A DNA stretch of 62,298 nt, filler included, from Bipalium vagum (lineage: Eukaryota), in assembly GCA_037834085.1 (NCBI GenBank). It is 3 parts of 3 records of this genome, joined end to end, with 100 filler letters (N's around TTAATTAATTAA, not from the genome) between each part and the next. Parts side by side here need not be neighbours in the genome. Positions count along the whole stretch, not along the records: positions 1 to 26,388 come from JBBMKC010150371.1; 2 more parts are not named here. One strand, given 5' to 3'. A program made the position numbers and the translations under genes. The notes under the pieces were generated by a model, which was not told the DNA's origin, made no database searches, and saw nothing but the letters and a program-made list of their open reading frames with translations. Below, piece after piece: positions 1 through 14,053 of this stretch. Numbering within the stretch: the stretch's first letter is position 1; the number at the start of each line of letters is the position of its first letter.

Positions 1-66
<66 letters not shown>

Positions 67-78
67 TAATAATAATAG
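1..78. repeat. (AAT)n microsatellite
   Basis: Near-perfect ATA/AAT trinucleotide run from the window start. Confidence 0.95.
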
Positions 79-969
79 CATTATCATTATTATCATTTAA
101 ATCTAACAAAAATACAAATCAATATCTCACAGAATCTTCGATTTGAAAATCAATTATTTTCAATATCGGTTCTTAATATTTTTTTGTAAACTCATTCTAA
201 TTTTTGTCAAGGAATTTCTGTAAGTCTTAATCCTCCGCTTTACAGATAACAACTGCCTCAGATATTAAATTTTCGACAAGATGAACATCAAAATCTTCTG
301 GCATTGTAAAAATCTTGTAAAAACCCACGTAACCTTATCAATTGTCAATATTCGATTCTCTGTTCATGGTGATGAGACAGTCTCTCCCTGTGAAATTATT
401 GTCTTTTGATCTTAATAATAATATTGGATATTAGAATTGACAAGGGGTTCCTCTGCTTACTATCTGATCTCTCAACATAAGAATCAATAAAAATTCAAAA
501 ATTGTGGTTTAATAAAATTATATTTATTATCAAAAGGACTCTGAATCAATTAGTTTAGTTTCCAAACTATTTTAATCCTGGGTTTTTGATTTTTTATTTA
601 AAAATCAAACATGTCTTGATTTATTGAAGTCTTAAGAAGTGCTAAGTCAAGTAACCAGTTTATCGTCGAAGTCTTTGGAGAACTTTAACTTTGTTCAAAA
701 TAAGCGGAAAGAGAAAGGATTGCGTTAGTTTAAACATGATTTTATTTTCGGTTGTTAGGCAGTTTAACTGCAAAACAAAACCCTTTGTAAATGATAATTG
801 GCGGTTGGTGATTTTTTTAAAATAAAATAAATTTGTGATACTAGAGAAAATTGTATCAGAACATTTTATCGTAATGTTAATATTTCGTGTCTAATATTTC
901 TTTCCTTCTTTTTCGTCCTGCTTGTGTTCCCGACGCTCTTCACACTATTCGTGGTCTACATCATTTCAG

Positions 970-1466
970 AACGAGATTCGAGAATTACTAAATGAATACA
1001 AAACCAAAAAGCAAATTGAAGAGGGCGAGAAAAGAGAAAGAGAATTGAGACTGGTTGAGCTGGAAAAGGAGGAGAAACGGAAAGAGCGAGAAATACATTC
1101 AGCTCGGATCAATGAAAGGGTTTTATTTTTTTTACCCTCAGTGATTGGTTGAGTTAATTGAAATTTTTTTGTTTGGGGTTGCAGAGTACGCGAATGATGG
1201 AGCAAAAAATGCTGAAACAGCACCAGCGTCAATTTGAAATGGAACAGAAGCAGGAGCGTTTGAAAGAACTCAGAAACCAAGTGGCCGTCACGGCTAGAAA
1301 GGACCCGTCTCGGTTACTGAGACCAACTTCCGTTTGGTTGCACCGGTTGGCCGATTCAACTCATCCAGATAACGGCGGCACACTTGACCCTAGATCGCGA
1401 GCAGGTACCAGAATCAGTGATGTACAGCACAGGGCTGTGCCTAGCTGGAGACGGGATATGGTTTGA
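970..1466 (+). CDS. CCDC112: Coiled-coil domain-containing protein 112 homologue, last two exons (970-1119, 1185-1466); 5' exons not found in window
   Basis: Acceptor tttcag|970; phase-0 65-bp intron gtttta...ttgcag (1120-1184) joins NEIRELLNEYK...INER to STRMMEQK...; the C-terminus RKDPSRLLRPTSVW...VQHRAVPSWRRDMV* matches the CCDC112 signature RDPSRLYKPTKGW...IPHRAIPTWRQGI; stop TGA; higher GC than flanks. Confidence 0.85.
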
Positions 1467-4400
1467 AGTTCTTTCCACGTGATGTGGTATTTTGTAGTTA
1501 GTATCGTTGAATACGGTTGTGCATTTAAATGGATTTTGTATGTTACCTTTTTTCACAGTTATTTATTTACTTCTGAATAAATATAGTTTGTTTTTCAAAT
1601 TGTATTCTTTTATTTCAATTTTTATCCTAAATTAGGACTTTAAGATTTTTTTATTAAATTGAACTTTTACTTTGATTTTGAACAATCCTTTATCATTTCT
1701 GTATTTTATTATTAAAACAAAAGTAATATTGAGTTTGAATTTATAATTGGCACACTAAAGGATGAAATATTGCCACACGGGTCTTCCTTTTTTCAGCGTT
1801 ACTAGCAGATAGTATGGACTTCATTAAAAGGATGGGGCCTTATTAATTTATGGAAAAATTATATAAACGATAATAGTCGAAAACTGTGATAAGATAATTC
1901 CTCTTTCAAACATTTGAAATAAATTTGCTTTATTATTAAATCTAGTTCTATTTTGTTTTTTAAAAACCCTAATTCCCATGTTAAGCCGGGAGTTGACAAC
2001 AATTGACAAAGATTAAGAATTGATAATGTTCTAAAATTTTTAAAAATATCAGATAGTAACTTAACATCTTGTTTTAAAAATAAAATTGTTTAATTCCAAT
2101 GATTTTTTCAAAACTTAGGATATACTGTTTTATTTTGTTTCTTAAATAGAATAAAATTTTTCTTTTGGTATGAATTCTGAATTTTTTTAAAAATCTGTAA
2201 AATAATCGTAAAGATTTTTTTCTTTTTCTTTTAATAAATTAAAACTAGCAATATCAGAAGTTAAATTTTTTCAAATTTAACTTAAAGGAATTTCATATTT
2301 ATCATCTAATACTTTACATGTTCCATATTAAGAATATAAAAGAAATCTTAAAGAATCCGAAAATTTTAAGTTTTCTTAAAAGAGGAACAAAAATATTTTT
2401 CATATGTTTGTTAAATTAAATCATTCAATGCTGAATTATCTTTATCTAATTGAATTTCGTTTGCTAGATCTTTTATTATCAAATAAAAATCATAACCTGA
2501 TCCCTTTTAAAAAATATCGGAACAAAATCTGAATTAGAAGCTCGAGTTCTAAATTTTAATGTGCTGAGTGATGGTAATAAATTACTTTTTTTCATTAATG
2601 ACTACTTCACAGAAAAAAAATTACTATTTTTCATGTTTCTATATTTCTTCTGTTAGGTTATATATAATATTTATTTTTAGCATTTGTAAGTGTTTGCTAC
2701 GTTTAGTGCGAGATTTATTCTCGAAAGTATTTACTGCTAACTCTGTATAAATAGATTAGATTTGGCTCACAAACTCCTTCTAAGACAGTATCATAAATGA
2801 ATGTTCTAAGATACTAACAAAAATCAACTATAATAACCAAATTTGTTTTAGAAAAATGTAATATTAATTAATTAAAATCTTCTTGGTTGTATGATAACCG
2901 AAAAAGCCCTGGTGTCATAAATACGTATTCCTTCGCCTAGAGCGAAACAGACTCGATTAGTAAAGATAACAAAAAACGGTAAATAAAAAATTTAATAAAA
3001 AGAACGTACGTGCGAAGTATTTGCTTCGAATACATTGAGTATTAATTATTTATTTAACACGAATCAAAAGAGGTCGATTACCTTTCAAAAACGCTAATGT
3101 GTATTTTTTTTACCTTTTTTATCGGCTTGTAACTTGTCAAAGAGAAGTTAATTGCCAATTGAATGCGAAAACCAAGAGCTTTTATACGTCTGATTTTCAC
3201 ATGCCTGATCTCCTGATTGATTTAAAATAAAACTTTCAAGTTATAGAGTAATGTGTGGGCTTAGGAAAGTTTTCATATTATAGAACTTAATAAATATATT
3301 CACCAACATATTAATATTCACTCATATTAATGTATTTATAGTAAGTTTCATCTTTTGAATCATGCTTATTCATTAATTTTGTTTTTATTAATTTTATTGG
3401 TTAAGTTAATATCAACCCGCTATTTATATTTATAATTAAATTATTTATGGATTTTTATTAAAAATGGATTTATAGATTAAAGTATTATTATTTTTATAAA
3501 ATATATCATAAAATATAAAATTACATTACAATCGGTCCATAAATAAAAAAAAGTAAGTCTAACAATGCTTTTTCATGGAAGATTCACAAAATAATAATTA
3601 TTTAAATATCAATTATGAGCTTTAGAAAATATTTTGCCATCAGCTCTTGATCGATTTGAGGCAACTCCGGCTTCTTTGTAGACTTACTAATTGGATTTTT
3701 AATGGATGTTGTGGGTGCTGGAATATCTTTCTCTATGGATCTCAACACATTTGATCAAAATATGGTTGATTTTAATAATCCATTTAGAAAATCTTTTATA
3801 CAATTTTATCCTTTGAATAAAAGTTCAGAATGTTTTGTTAAATTAGGATAGTTTGAAATTAAGTTAAGAAAAATACATATGTTGAATTATTTAGTAAAGT
3901 TCGTAAAAATGTGGAAGGTTCTCTTCAAAAACTGGAGATTAACTCAGATTAACAAAGTAAATTATTTTGGTTACTTTGTTTAAGATCTCATCAAACACTT
4001 CTAATAAAATTATATTTTTCTTTAGATTGATTGTTGAAAAAATACAGTCATTCTTGTTACTATTATTGATGAATGGTTTTAGTTAACGCTTGACAGAAAA
4101 AATTTGTTGAGTTTTGCTTGGTGACTATATCCATGACTTTGTCGATCAATCTTTGATACGATTTTGGGCAATATCTAGCTTGATTTTTGGAAAGATTATG
4201 AAGTCCGATCTCACATTTTTCAATGAACTTTTTAAAATTCGTTGTTGCTTAAGAAAGATAGTAGGAAAATGTAAGAAATTAATCAAAAAATCTGCCTCAC
4301 ATAGACCGTAAGCTGAAGTCGTAATTAATGGAAAATTATTCGAAATTAGTCAATTCATTCCTTCGCATTATAATGATTGTTGAAGTGCTGTTCAGAAAAC

Positions 4401-5059
4401 TATGTTTCATTGAGCGAAAAAGATGGTAATTATTTGGTGCGATGTCTGGTGAATATTGTGAGTGAGGTAAAAAACCCCCACCCCCCCCATCCAAATTCTG
4501 CTATTATATCCTTTACTAAAATTGAAATATAGACCATGTCTACTGAAAAAGTCTTGCTTCAATTTTATTAACTGTTATTGGTAACGTGAACATCAACCAT
4601 TTCACTTTGTTAAGCAGCTTAAAATAAATTATATCCCAAAAATGGACAACATAACCTTGTTTCGTTTTGGTGACGATTTTCTGGATTGACCAGGTTTCAT
4701 CTATGATTTTTTTCTTTTTGGATTTTCATAAAAAATACATTTTTCATGACAAGTACGTAATAATGAGATATGAAAAAGACCTTTCCCTTTACCTGCTGAG
4801 CAGCGCCTGACAAAAATTTCAATATCTGCTTCTTTCAAATGATGAGACAACCACTCCCGGACTACCATTTTATTTTGAATATAAATATAAATAATAAAAT
4901 AATAATTACATAAATTTTAATAAAAGGTTTTATATAAAAATGTTTTCGCTAAAATTCTGCAAATTCTCTATTCTTTAATATAAAGAAGTTAAAGATTACA
5001 CAATACTTTGGTCTAAATAAGTACTTTTTTTGAATTGGAATCTGTTTTATTAATTAACA

Positions 5060-6030
5060 TGAAAGATAAAATTTGGGACTACATCGAAAATATTAGTGTC
5101 GTTAAGGGAAGACAAGAAAGGAAGAAGCTACTAAATACTTTACCTAAACAAGAACTGGAGTTACTAAATTGAGTTCATCAAAAACAGTGTTGGGTAAAAT
5201 AAATCGATGAGTGGCTTAGCATAAATGTTTTTGATCTTTTGATAACGAAATAAGCTGCTATATTGCGTAAGAATTTCAAAAAGGAAACTACGACGAAAAC
5301 AGAGAGGATTAATTGGTTTAAGGAAACAATTATGGTGGAAAAATCATTTCTAGAGTGCAGTGGACCTGAAAGAAATTAAGTAAAAAACTAGCATGATAGG
5401 TTCATAACATTCGAGATTCTGGTTTTGAACCTCTTAAGCATCATTAAGGAATTTGGATTATCACGGGAAGAAATTGTCACAAATTTCCTGTCTAAAAAAT
5501 CATGAAACAATGCACCCAATGAAACACTCATGACGAAATCAGATATTTAAGTCAAAGATATCAGAGGATTGGCAAAACTTTATGAAAAGTTCTGAGAAGA
5601 GAATGACTCAAGTAAGCGCATGCTACAACGGAGTTACTTAGAGATGGTCCAGTGTGGACAATATCAAAGACAACCGAAGCCTCTGAATATCTAGACTCAA
5701 AACTAATCAGAGCACCATGGTGGGATTCTTGTAGCAAGTGAAATGAGATAATTTCATTATGCTAACAACCATGATGTCCCAGATATTAGACCGAGTAGAA
5801 ATGAATCAGTTTTCGTTGGTCGAAGAGACTCTCTAGTATTATGAATGAAACAAGTTTCTGTATGTCTCTATAATAAATTTAGGGGCTTATGACAACCAAA
5901 AGACGAACAGTTTTGACCAGGTAAGTGTTATTGTTGTGGTAGTAGTAAAAATTTAAGAATGCACTGTCCATTAAAGAATGTATGCATAATATTTGGAAGG
6001 CACTGGGATCGTTTTCGGTCTTGTTCACTT
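5060..6030 (+). mobile_element. Degenerate LTR-retrotransposon gag-like fragment
   Basis: Higher-GC broken coding-like stretch ending in eroded tandem zinc knuckles KCYCCGSSKNLRMHCPLKNVCIIFGRH (CX2CX4HX4C-like, ~5923-6005). Confidence 0.5.
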
Positions 6031-6117
6031 TTGGAAGGGGGTCCGAATATGCAAAATTGGAACATTTATTTATGTACAGAAATATATGATTAAACAGTTA
6101 ATGATTAGCAATATATA

Positions 6118-6350
6118 CAGTCCCCGCCAAAAGTCTTTGGCCATCATGTAAAAATGCCTAGTTTACCTTTTAGTTATTTATTCTTTAGTTATTTCTTTTT
6201 TATTGATAAATTTTGATTAATGAAAATTAATTGATTTCTAATGTCGTTAACGTTCTTTACATTTGTACTTAATAAATATTAATGACTAGAATCATATAAA
6301 TGCTTTTTTCTAGAATTTTAAGAGTGGCCAAAGACTTTTGGCGGGGATTG
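6118..6350. mobile_element. Tc1/mariner-type MITE, 233 bp
   Basis: 26-bp TIRs cagtccccgccaaaagtctttggcca / tggccaaagacttttggcggggattg (1 mismatch), flanking TA at 6116-6117 and 6351-6352, AT-rich non-coding interior. Confidence 0.9.
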
Positions 6351-7062
6351 TAGAAGGAACAGAATATTAGAGATTAAGCAAATCAGATTAAGGAAATATT
6401 ATTGATATTTTCAAGAACTTTCGGTTTCATTTTTAGTTATAACCATAAATAAGAACAATTTTAGTATATTAAATTAGAAAATTTGGAAGGTGTTTTGCGT
6501 TCTAAATCATAGCTAAAGAGAATGAAAATTAACATTCTGTTTTTTTATTAAAAAAATATTTCAAACATTAAACTTGATTAATTAACATATTTTCAACATT
6601 TAGGAATTTTGAATTATAAATTGTAATTAAATACCACTAAAAAAAATCCAGGATTTTTCTTCAGAATATTTTTATCAAAATATTAATCAATTTTTAGTAA
6701 AATTTACAGAAAACTAAATTAATTATTTTAATAACAATATAATATAAAAAATAAAAAATTATCATATTATTTCGAATTTTTTCAATTTTGTATTTCCTGT
6801 TTCGTGAATTCAATTTTAATTGTTCCAACAAAAATCACTGTTTATCTAATTAATTTATTTTTAATGTTACTAAAATATCTGAATAAATCTTGAGAATTTA
6901 ATATTAATAAAAATATATATTTAATTGAAAAAGTCTTTCTTTTTATTTATAATGTCTATTAATTATCATTATTAATTAATTAATAATCATTCATTATATA
7001 TTTTAATATATATTTCGATATATAATATCGATTTATAACATTGAATATATAATATCAATATA

Positions 7063-8421
7063 TCAGGTAACGAACTAAGTTTTTCGGTTTTTCATTGTTT
7101 AAATTTGTTAGCCCCTGGGATTCTCATTTATCTACCGATTTAAATTTTCTTTGTTTTAGTTTTCTGCTTAAGCATATGAGTTTCAAATATACTGCATAAT
7201 TAATGTTATTAACCATTATACTCTGGGATAGGTGCTCCAAAATTTCGCTGGACAAATCACAAATTCGAGCAATTATTTATTACGAATGGAAAAATAACAT
7301 AATTCAATAAATGAAATTGTCTCAAAACTTAACGAGGTGTTTGGTGAAGGAACAATGCAACTGCGAACATTGCAAAATTGGTTCAAAAAATTCAATAGTG
7401 ACGATTTTTCATTGGAAGACAAAGAGAGGTCTGGAAGGCCAAAAGATTTTGAAGATTATCAAATTATGGACCTTCTTGAACAAAACAGACCAGTTAGTGT
7501 TAAACAAATCTCTTCTGAATTAAATATAAGTGATACAGCGATAAGAAACCGACTGAAAGTGTTAGGATTCACTTGTAAACTCGACGAATGGGTTCCCCCT
7601 CAACTAGCTGAAAAAACAAGTTGGATCGCATTGAAATTTGTTCAAGACTTCTCAAAAAAACCGAAATGATCCTTTTCTCGACCGGATAATCACTTGCGAT
7701 GAAAAGTGGATTTATCATGACAATATAACCAGCCGAAGATCATGGTCGTTGAAAGGAGAGGCTCCGCAAAATATTGAAAAACGCAGCCGTACACGAAACA
7801 AAGTTCTTTTATGCATTTGGTGAGATTCTCGTGGAATTATTTATTAGAAGTTTCTCAAATCCGGGGAAACCATTAATTAGATGTATATTGTGACATGCTA
7901 AGAAGAGTTCATGCCATTATGAAGGAAAACCGGAGCAGTTTGATAAACCGAAAACAAGTGATTTTCCACCAAGATAATGCCAAGTCTCACAAATCAATGA
8001 AGACATTGAAGGTTATTCAGGAATTGAACTGGACTCTAATGGAACATCCGCCATATAGTCATGATATCGTCCCATCCGATTTTTATTTGTTCCGGGTATT
8101 ACAGAATCACTTGATGGGTAAAAAAAGTTTTAAAGATATAAAGTAAAGATTTTTACTTTTTTTAAAGATCTTTACTTTACTTTTTTTTATAAAGTAAAGA
8201 TCTTTTTTTTTCTCGATCTTTTTCATTCAAAAGATCGAGATTTCTTTAATACTGGGATCAATAAACTTCTAAATAGATAGGAGGCAGTAATAGAAAAAGA
8301 TGGGGAATATTTGGATGATTAATTGTTTAATAATATTTTATGATTAATAAATTAAATATAATTTATTCAGTCTTAGTTTAGTTTTTAATTAAAAAACGAA
8401 AAAACTTAGTTCGTTACCTGA
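7063..8421 (+). mobile_element. Full-length mariner (DD34D) transposon with a defective transposase
   Basis: TIRs tcaggtaacgaactaagttttt / aaaaacttagttcgttacctga with TA on both sides; motifs WVPPQL, ITCDEKW, HQDNAKSH, HPPYSHDIVPSDFYLF split over ORFs 7337-7669, 7638-7823 and 7895-8146 by frameshifts and stops. Confidence 0.95.
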
Positions 8422-8442
8422 TATATTATATTATCGAATATA

Positions 8443-9546
8443 TTGGGTTGGAAATAAAGTTTCCGAACAAAAAATATTTATAGAAAAAAATGAATATAAG
8501 ACGAATATCAAATGAAATTTTTATGATCTAATGTAATATTATAACAAAAAAGCAGATATCAGTCAGTAATATAACGACGTGGCAGATCACGTTTCTCCTC
8601 GTTATAAAAAGACATTTTTTTACTTTCAAATAAATCACCAGCTACTGCTTTCAATTCATCATCATTTGCGAACGTCTTAGAATTTAGGTAGTTTTGCATA
8701 GCCCGGAATAAATGGAAATCTGGTGGAGCCAGGTGAGAGAACTTATCACATCAATTGAAAAAAATTTTTCACGGGTAAAATGAGCAATATGTGGTCTAGC
8801 ATTATCGTGAAGTAGAATCAATTTTTTTATTTCTGAAATTTTTTGTGCGATCGCATCTGATACCTGACGCAATTGTTGGCAGTATCATTCGGCATTTACG
8901 ATCTGATTGCGTCCCAAGACTTCCCAATAAATACCATTCATACTCCACCAGACAGAAACCATTATCATTTTTAGATGTAAATATCAACAAAGCAGATATC
9001 AGTCATTAATATAATTGCCATTGTTCTCTACCACTTAATTCCAGCATCGTGGCAAAGCACATACCCCCTGGTTATTAAAAGACATTATTTTACTTTCTTA
9101 CTTAATTTAGCAAGCTTGCTTCATATTATACGTGAATTTTTTTCGACAGAGACACGCAATAAGTAGGCATTCATAATTGACGGTCAAAAAATTCTTGGTT
9201 TGTCTTGAAAGTCGAATTCTCCATTCCTGAATTTTGAAAACCATTCATATGCCGTAGATCGAGAAATAATTCCATTACAAAAAGTTTTCCTTATTCTGTC
9301 TTAAGATTGACCAGCAATTAAACCTGATTTGTAATCATAAAATAATAGAGGACGTACTTATTCTAGTAACAGATGCGAATTTACATTTGATCTATCTGAC
9401 AATTTATATATTGAAAGGAGAGCTTAAATTTGGTTTATTTAAACAACCTATCTATAAATAAATTTACATACATAATGAAGTCAATAAATACTAAATAATA
9501 ATGTTTTTGTTATTGGTTTTGTCCGGAAACTTTGTTTCCAACCCAA
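8443..9546 (-). mobile_element. Internally deleted and rearranged mariner
   Basis: TIRs ttgggttggaaataaagtttccgaacaaaa / ttttgtccggaaactttgtttccaacccaa, TA flanks; LLHDNARPH and LAPPDFHLFR on the minus strand; 3'-end segment present twice (~8545-8627 and ~8986-9097). Confidence 0.9.
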
Positions 9547-12500
9547 TATTTATTTCAAGTAAATGCTTTTAATCATAATTAAAATATCTGTCCGTTATTA
9601 TAGAGATTGGTCATAATTACTTTGAGTTTTCTGTTTTAAATTTACCTTTTCGCACAACGAAATTCCTTAAATGATCTAAGATTTTACTGATTCTGCTAAA
9701 TTTGGAATGTTCGTTAATACGTGTTAAGAAGTGAAACTGTGTGTCTCATATGTATAAGCTATAACACAAATGACATGTAAATTGATAAATGGGTCTGATG
9801 TTTAATTTTTAAAATAATATTTCGTTTTCGTTTTAATAGATTTTACTCTCAGATCTTCATATTCTACAGATTTTTCTATTATATTTTGAGGGCTCCGAAC
9901 CTTTAAAATCTTTAATATTAATAACTGAAGAAGAACTGGGAAAAGTTCGAAACATGCTTCATAATAATAATTTTTTTAATAATTGTTTTTGTAAATCGAT
10001 GAAAAGCCTTTAATCGAAAAAGAAATTGATTATGTTCACAAGATTTAAATAGGTAAGTTTTAATAGAAATGCCAGTTTAAATTACACAACTCTTCCCTAT
10101 TTCTGTTTAACATTGATTAAGTTTTTTAACTTCATAAAGAACACGAGCACCCAAGGTTTTATATTATTAATTTATATTAGCAAAATTTATTTATTCTATT
10201 CAAATTAGCTTTTTACTTTTTATTGCCCCATGGAGTTTCTATTTGCATAATTAATAATATTATTTAATCAAGCAAATTATTTCCTTTATAACTAAACAAA
10301 ATTTATAATAACAATAAAAAAATAATTCAAAAAGTTATGTAAAAATTTATATAATGCTAATATTCGTGTTAATTTATCCGATATTTTTTAATTTTAAAAT
10401 AATAAAATAATGAATAATAATAAAATAAAAAAATTAACTATTTATTTTATTATTTTTTTAAAAATTATTTTATTAACAAATAAACTTTTATTTGGTAAAG
10501 TCTTCTCTTTTTCTTAACAAAACTTAAAAAGGACAATAGTTGGAATTTCATCTGAATACATTTCTATCGAAAATCAATAAAACTACACAAAGGGAAACTG
10601 ACTTCTTTACCTTTGTTTTTTTTTTAATTCCCCTTTTAAAGTATGATGTTTTTTCTTTTGTTTCTGAAGAAAATTGAATTTTATAGACTAACCATTTCTG
10701 GAAGTGGACTTTTATTGATCGCATATTCCTTGAACTGATACAGAGTTCGTGTTCACCAAGACATATGGGGATTTTGATAACTTTTAATGAAAAAGAAATT
10801 TTGCATCATAGACTGTATTTCTATGATTAATATGATTACAGGTTCAACTTAAAACCAAATTATTTCCATATTCCTTATCAAACAGAGAAACAAGGCTAAG
10901 AAAACTTCACAAAAGGGACAATCGTAAAGGGATAATTGATCGGATTGAGCTTTCAATAAAAATAGTTAAAGTATGGTCACATCTTTCTGAGGCAGAACTA
11001 AATACTTTTCAAGAATCTTTATAATGAAAGAAAACAAATATAAATCTCAAAAATTCAAGTCGAAAAATTACAGCTTGATCCATGGTAAACATCAACATCA
11101 ACAAAATCAAAATATTCATGATCAAAATTTTGTTCATCCTGATCTACCCAAAAATCTCAATTTTATTATGCGGCGATGTTGATTCAGGTCTAAGTCAACA
11201 ATAGAGAGAAATGATAAGAAATTAAATTCACTGTTGCTAATTATAGTCACTGATTCGAAAGTCAGTTCTCTAAACTTGACCCTAAGGAATTTGTAAACCC
11301 TACTGCGTTTTTAGTAGATACAAATCACAATTAATTTGACAAATAAATATCTACATCATTACAAATGCAAACTTTACGACATTTAATTAAAAGTAACGAA
11401 TCTCTCGTGCAATCAATTGTTTTGCATTATCATGATAAAAAACAATCCTTTTACAGTTTGGTAATGTTGGGTGTTTCAAATTTTCTCAGTGTTCAGTCAA
11501 TGTATTAATATCATTTTTTGTTTTATAAATCTATTCTCATTAATTAAGACATTGATTTCATAGTCATTGATATATAGTGGACGACCAAATCATTGCTTAT
11601 CTTTCAGTGAAAAAAACCTCTTTGAAATTTCTCAAACCAATTTTGTCATTGATATTTTTTTAATAATTTTTTAGTAGTCTGCCATAGGAAAATTATGAAG
11701 AAAGAATTTTAAATAATGTTGTAGTATGTTTATTGTGAATAAGTATATGTTTTCTGATTGTCTATACTAGATTTGAAAGATAAAAACGAAACAAAGCAAC
11801 CAATGAAATTCACCAATATATTGAAATTTGAATCCATCAATTATATTTTTATATTATTTAAACAATGATTATTTTATTTAAAATGCACTTAAATTAAAGT
11901 CTATGTAAAATCGATAATTACTTTATTGCTAACAAAACATAAGCAATAGAAAGACGAGATTTTAAAAAAGTCACAAAATAATTATTTCTCATAAATTCTT
12001 TCTTCTTAGTATTTAAAACATTCGCTCTTTTTTACTTATTGCTCTGATAACTGAAAATTATCTTTTGTGTAACTCTGGTTTGACATTTTCTAGTCTGATT
12101 GTTTACACTAATAACTTCTGCATCATCTTACGTCATTCCATACTTAACTATTTAGCTAATTGTGATAGTCATTTAGCTGAAAATGAAATTAATCTACCAA
12201 ATTTCGTTTTGTTAAATTAATGGAACAATTGTTTTGCTGATAAAGTTCTATAATTTTTATTCGTTGTTTTATCGTATATTTTTCCATATTCAATTTCCAA
12301 TAATTAAAGTTGATAAATCTCTAAATAAAATTCAATTTTCAATAAAACTTTATTATTCAAATAAAGTTTGAACAGCAAAAAACTTTAAAGACTTATGGGA
12401 TATCCTGTATATAGTAGATCTAAAAATAAGTAGTTGCGGCTTTTTATGCGTTTATTTAGATCATTAACATTTATTGAGTTTTTGATTTTTTTGATTTATT

Positions 12501-14053
12501 ATTTTAATATGACAACCATTTATTTACGATTGAATTTAATTTGGTGTAAAAGCATTTTTTTGGATTGTTATCAGGATAAAACAATAAATGTATAAATATA
12601 GGGTGAAACTTCATAGTCAACACTGGTTACTTTATAAATTAAAATTTTGGTCGTACTGAAACATAAACTCAACGCCTATCTGAATCTACTAGTCACTAGT
12701 GATTTGTAAGATTCAAATTTGGTAACGTAACAGTTGAAGATGAGCTCTATGCAAAAATAATTTTTTGATGAAGGTGCATAAAGAAATGCCACAGTATATG
12801 TTCAATATGACAGTCAATTTTAATGTTTTCAAAAGATGATCTCCAATCATTTCAAATCTATTGGAAAAGTTCAACAGTTTAGGAAGAGGGATTCTTTGTC
12901 AATGTTCTAAATCAACCTTTAAACAACGTCCGCATGCTAATATTTTTCATTCTTTTCGCCGTAAATAAATGATATTGTTCATTATTTTTCTTCAAAGATG
13001 AGGTAGCACGTGCAAATTGGTGCAAATCATTTAAAATGAAGGAAAATATATGGTTGATTAGTGTTTTATTCTAAACAGAGTTACCTTGTATTAAATTTCG
13101 ATTCATGTATAAGAATAGCTGAAGTGCTTTTAATTGATCTAATACTTAATTCAACTATACAATGATGTCATGATCAGTTTAAATCAAGACGCCAATGTTT
13201 TTCATAGGGTCATGATAACCCATTACGACTGAATTAAATTGATTATAAATCAAAATCTTAATCTATTATTTTCTATATTATCACTTATCATTGCCATTAT
13301 TATCAATAGAACCGCTTATTCAACTACACATTATTTTTCACTCTTCATGACTGCCACTCTATTCTTAGCTTCTTTTCAAAATACATACTAAATAAAATAC
13401 AAAAAAGAAAGGAAATTAAAATAATCACATTACAATTCGGTTATTAAATAGAAATGAAATCAGCCGAGTCTCAAAATATAATTCAAAACTCGATTGAGCT
13501 TCAATCTTCGACTTGTTTTGTCCTCAACTGACGTCCCAACCATTTATTTTATATTCCATTTGATGAAATATGGAGATTTTGTGTACAGTAAATCACTGAA
13601 ACAGAACATAACAGTGGCGATAAACAGATATCAACACTAATTAAAAAAAATTGATGATTGATTACCGATGCCCATAATAGCCAAAAATCGTCAGTGCTTT
13701 GCATGTCAATTCTCAACTTTCTTTAATATTCGACCAAATATCATTAGACATAAAATAAAATATCTACCGGGCACGCTCTGCACCAATCAAGTAATCAAAT
13801 AAAAAATTTTATTTCATTTATTCAAATTAACGGAGCGCTTTTTGACCAGCGTATTTTTCAATTTGCACGAAGATGTCAATATATAAATGTCCGAATGAAT
13901 CGATTGTAATGAAGGCTCGCTTTACCACAGACCAATCATGTTGTCCAATTTATGAGAGAAAGTCATACTTGAAGTCGTAAAGTATTTTTATTGATTTCAA
14001 CGTACTTTTTTTAAAAGATTTAAAATTAATTCAACTATTTAATATTTCTTATA

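Noticed and set aside
966-1280. 104-aa minus-strand ORF
   Set aside because: Antisense to the CCDC112 exons; no independent support.
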